This document shows positions 60,093-64,000 of a DNA stretch of 64,000 nt, one piece after another (position 1 is the first letter of the stretch; the number at the start of each line of letters is the position of its first letter). Under the pieces are notes generated by a model. The model had not been told where the DNA came from. It searched no databases and worked only from the letters and a program-made list of their open reading frames with translations. This DNA comes from Leucoraja ocellata. Taxonomy: Eukaryota. The position numbers and the translations under genes are program-made. The stretch covers positions 1,798,001 through 1,862,000 of the forward strand of contig JAWMAR010000404.1 in NCBI GenBank assembly GCA_036785375.1. The letters run 5' to 3'.

Positions 60093-63000
60093 GATGAGCT
60101 CAGTGACAGTAATGTCATCAATTCCAATACGGCCGGAATGTTCTTGGCCTTTTGGTCGAGGTTGTTGTCCAAGCAGTATATGCCCCATTTCTTGATGTGT
60201 CCAAGGTACTGCTTCCGTGTTGACAGTCTTTGTGCAGATGAGATGAGATTCATCGTCCTGTCTGACAGCCCCATGCCGTGTAGTGGGTCTTTCAGACTCT
60301 ACAAATCAACAAATCCCTAGTCTTATGGCATGGATGACTGGCCCCAGTCACTGGATGAATTAATACATTCTGGCTATGTCCATAAGGGAACATGGTTCTA
60401 ACACCATCCCCTGTATGACCGAATACCACGGTTGAGTAGGCCAATCGGGTACTATGAGAATCCCAGATGCCGAGTCTTGTTGAATTTCCTTAGTACCCGA
60501 TTGATGAGGCAGAACGGGGGAAATGCATCACCCTATGGCTTTGTTTACGTAACAATGCCAAGCTGGTTTTAGAATTTTAGTAAATAATCTGGGGGCTGAT
60601 GTTTGCCCCTTTGGTAAAGCTCTATATTGCCAAAGTTGCCCCCCATCCAGTTAAATTTCAAATACCGTCTGTGATCCCCTCTGATGGGTACTGTATAGTA
60701 TGCATCTTTTGAGTCAATGCTTGCCATATAGAAACCCAGCTGACACTAATTCTTTAGCAGTAATAAGAGTATCCATCTTAAATTGGACATATTGAACAAA
60801 TGTGTTTAGGGTTGAAAGGTCAATGATAATCCTGCAACCCCCATCTTTTTTATATTTTATAATAAATATGTTTGATACAAATTCTAATTTTTCATGAATA
60901 GTCTGCTCAATCACACCTTTTGTGTACAATCTTTGTAGCACCATGTGGGCTTTAGATTGTTCTGTTTTTGTAAGGACAAAATGCCTTTCTGGTGTATGTT
61001 GTACTGGGGGGTTATTGGGATAAGTAAATTCTATCAGATAACCCTGAATACTGCTGAGAATATATGAGTCTGTAGTGATTTTACACCATACATAACTGTA
61101 GTGTTGCAACCTCCCCTCCCCCACCATCGTGGGTCCCTTTTTTACAGAAGAACCACACCCACCTACCTCCATGGTTACTGGTGGTTGTGTTATTTCCTTG
61201 GTTTTTTGAAAAGGGGGTTCTGGTTTGATATCTCTTGTTCGGGGTTGTGTGGGAGGTTGAGGCTTCCGCATCTTCCAGGGTGGCCGTCCCTGGCCATACC
61301 CTAAAAAAGGCTGCTGCGGGTAATATTGATTTCTAGCACTGCCACTGGTATGAGCCACATTTTTTGGTATTACATGTGGCTGGCATCATGCTCCAAAATA
61401 GGCCTTTGCGCTGGCCTTGATGAGCCCCAGTGTCTTGGCTTCGTCATCCAGTTTGTTGACTTGTGCGGTCAAGTCTTGTACAAACAAAAGGGTTGAGGTA
61501 TTTGCGGTTCTTTGTTTGCAAATGGTAGCATATTAGGGGTCCAGTGCTGGCTGAATGGCAGCCTTCCACATGTAATTCAGCTCATATTGCACATTGCAAA
61601 ACAGAGCTAGTGCGTCTTGATGGTCTTTGGTTAGCTCTGTTTTGTCCAGGGTGCGGGTGTATGCTCTGATCCCTGCCGTCAGTCCCTTTAAGGTTTTCTG
61701 GATCTTGAGGTCCTGGTTCCTGATGTTCCTCCCCATATGCTGCCAAATGCATTGGTTTACACTGGGCACCTGTAATGCCTCACCGTTGCCAGGTGGCAGA
61801 TGTCTGGCCAGTCTCTGTAAATATTTCTTGGTGGAGTTTGTGGCCAGACATATAGTTAATACTATTGCCATCCTGGATCCAAGTCTACCCCTGTTTGACT
61901 TGGTTTAAAGTAATCAGCCACCATGTCCAGCAGAGTCCCTGCTGTTTTAGGATCATGGGACGCTGTATTACCAGGCTCTGGCCCATCAGGGTCCTGCCTA
62001 CTCTTTTTTATAGAGTTAGAGATCTCTAGGGGTCCCGCACGGGGTACCCATGTGGGGCTTACCTCCTGCCCACTGTGGCTAGTCTCCACATCCATGTGAC
62101 TGCTACTGTGAAGGAGCTCCTTTTTTCCCCCGCTGTTTCCGTCCCCTGTACACACGGGCACTGGTTTGCGGGTTTTCCTCGCCCCACCGCTGTCCGCACC
62201 GGTCTTGTATGTAGGTCCACCTCTCCACACGGTCCCAGTACTCACAGGCACCTGTGCTGGCTGGTGATCATGCTGCAGCCACTCGTACCGGCTTCCTCCA
62301 GCGTGGGCTAGCGGGTCCACGCCGTCTCCGCACTTCCAGCGCCATGGACCCATCTAATACTTTAACCAAAGGATTAACAAACAGATTCTATGAAAAAACC
62401 CCTATTTTTAGGTCCACACCATTTTCCCACATACCTATAATAAGGGTCATAGTAACATAGAAAAACATAGAAATTAGGTGGAGGAGCAGGCCATTCAGCC
62501 CCTCGAGCCTGCACCGCCATTCAATTCAATGGGTTTAAGCCCCACAGAAGCAGGGCATCAAAAAATTAGTGAAAACTCTGAGTGTTCCTCTCCACGGAAA
62601 TCTTTAGTAAAAGGAGAAAGATTTATACGATCTGAAGAGAAACCAGAGTATATTCGTGGGGATGTACCCGATTCGTCGGGATTTTGCTGTCGGCTCCAAC
62701 GCTCTCGGCGCTCCTGGCTGCTCATTTATCTCAGACCGCTGGGACCGACCCCGGTACTCACGGTACTGGTCCCTCGTGGTCGTTTGCAGCCGGTCAACCC
62801 CACTCCAATGCCCTCAGTTCTGTGAGCCTCGGCGCTGGCCGCTAGCGCTGCTCCAAGCCAGACTCGCTTGAGACTGGCATACTTTGTATTTACGTCTTTG
62901 CTTCGCTTCCCGCCCGGCTGAGAAGTGAATTTTGCCGGTGCGGGAGCGAAGTCGGGCACAGGTGTTTCTTCTCCGGGAAATTGGTGTGCCGTTGCTGCTG

Positions 63001-63256
63001 TTGCCGGCTGCCCGCACTCCGCGGTTCTCCCCCGCCAGCTTTCCGCAGCCTTCATGGATCAGGTCCATGTCTCCACCTAAACGGGTAAGTGAAAGGAACG
63101 CAGAGTCTCTTACCTGCTGTTCCCGACTTTCAAATTCTCCCGCTGGGGAACGTCGTTCCCCCTGTGTGACTCGTTGCAATGCGTGTAGCGATATGACACG
63201 CATGCGTTGGAAGCGGGTTCTTCACGTAGTCACTCACGTGACTCCGAAGTAAAATT
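60093..63256 (-). mobile_element. DIRS1-like remnant A (copy 2)
   Basis: ORFs 59945-60274, 60714-61358 and 61533-61871; terminal motif ending at 63256. Confidence 0.85.
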
Positions 63257-63723
63257 ACTTTCCTGCAGTCATAACAACAAAAAAACCAAAACACACAATT
63301 AACACAATTCCACACAAACATTCATCACAGTGAATCTCCAAATACCTCCTCACTGTGATGGAAGGCAAAAGTCTTATCTCTTGCCCACAGTCAAGCAGTC
63401 AAACTGCTGCATCGAGCTGATCGAGGCTCTTGATGTTAGAGGCCCCGGTGGGTAATGGTAAGTCCTGCGGCTGTTTAAGCCGCGCCAGGTGATGTAAGGC
63501 CCCGCTCCGGGTCGATTTATACCCCTCGATTCGGGCGGTCAAAGTTTGCCGTTGTGGATGATTAGCCATGATCACAGTGAATGGCGGTGCTGGCTCGAAG
63601 GGCCGAATGGCCTACTCCTGCAACTATTGTGTACTGTCTCAGGGTCTAGTCTTTATGGAGATGACGTTAAGGTAAGGCCGCTGTTTCAAACCCTCTCTTG
63701 GGTTTCAGTGTTTGTGGAAAGAT

Positions 63724-63890
63724 TGGGCAGCACAGTGGTAGAGTTGCTGCCTCACAGCACCAGATACCTGGGTTTGAAACTGACACCATGTGTTATCCGT
63801 ACAGAGTTTGAATACTCTTCCTGTGACCAAGTGTGTTTTCCACATATGTTCTGGGGTCCTCCCATACTCCAAAGATATCCAGATTTATAG
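63724..63890 (+). mobile_element. V-SINE (copy 2)
   Basis: Duplicate of 24131-24297. Confidence 0.75.
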
Positions 63891-64000
63891 TTTAATTGTT
63901 ATTTCCTAATTGGCATTAGGTATTTCCTAACATATTTCATTCGAGATTCTTTCAATTCAGGGTTCTGGAATCTTGTACAAAAACAATAAACAATAGGTGC

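Larger units (their letters stand above)
39373..64000 (+). repeat. Segmental tandem duplication, copy 2 (runs off window end)
   Basis: Direct repeat of 1-24407 with scattered SNPs, a 44-bp indel and VNTR length changes. Confidence 0.98.

Overview
Eukaryotic genomic DNA from a cartilaginous fish, probably a skate or ray (inferred from the shark-type IgM sequence, CR1 families and HE1/V-SINE-like elements). The window is a near-identical direct tandem duplication: 1-24407 recurs at 39373-64000, with the period growing from 39,372 to about 39,600 bp because of indels. Each copy carries the 3' half of an IgM heavy-chain gene on the + strand: Cmu3, Cmu4 with secretory tailpiece, TM1 and TM2, all with intact frames and splice sites. 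I found no V, D, J, Cmu1 or Cmu2 exon in the ~33 kb between the two cassettes, so the downstream copy is an orphan, V-less Fc/TM cassette, unlike the usual complete V-D-D-J-C chondrichthyan cluster. It could be a real partial duplication or an uncollapsed haplotype. The rest is a dense, nested mosaic of mobile elements: CR1 LINEs (one near full length), Rex1/Babar-like, L1-like, HERO-like and Penelope fragments, three DIRS-like retrotransposon remnants, a hAT MITE, V-SINEs, several mini/microsatellites and a 28S rRNA fragment. Element boundaries are approximate unless a target-site duplication is cited.
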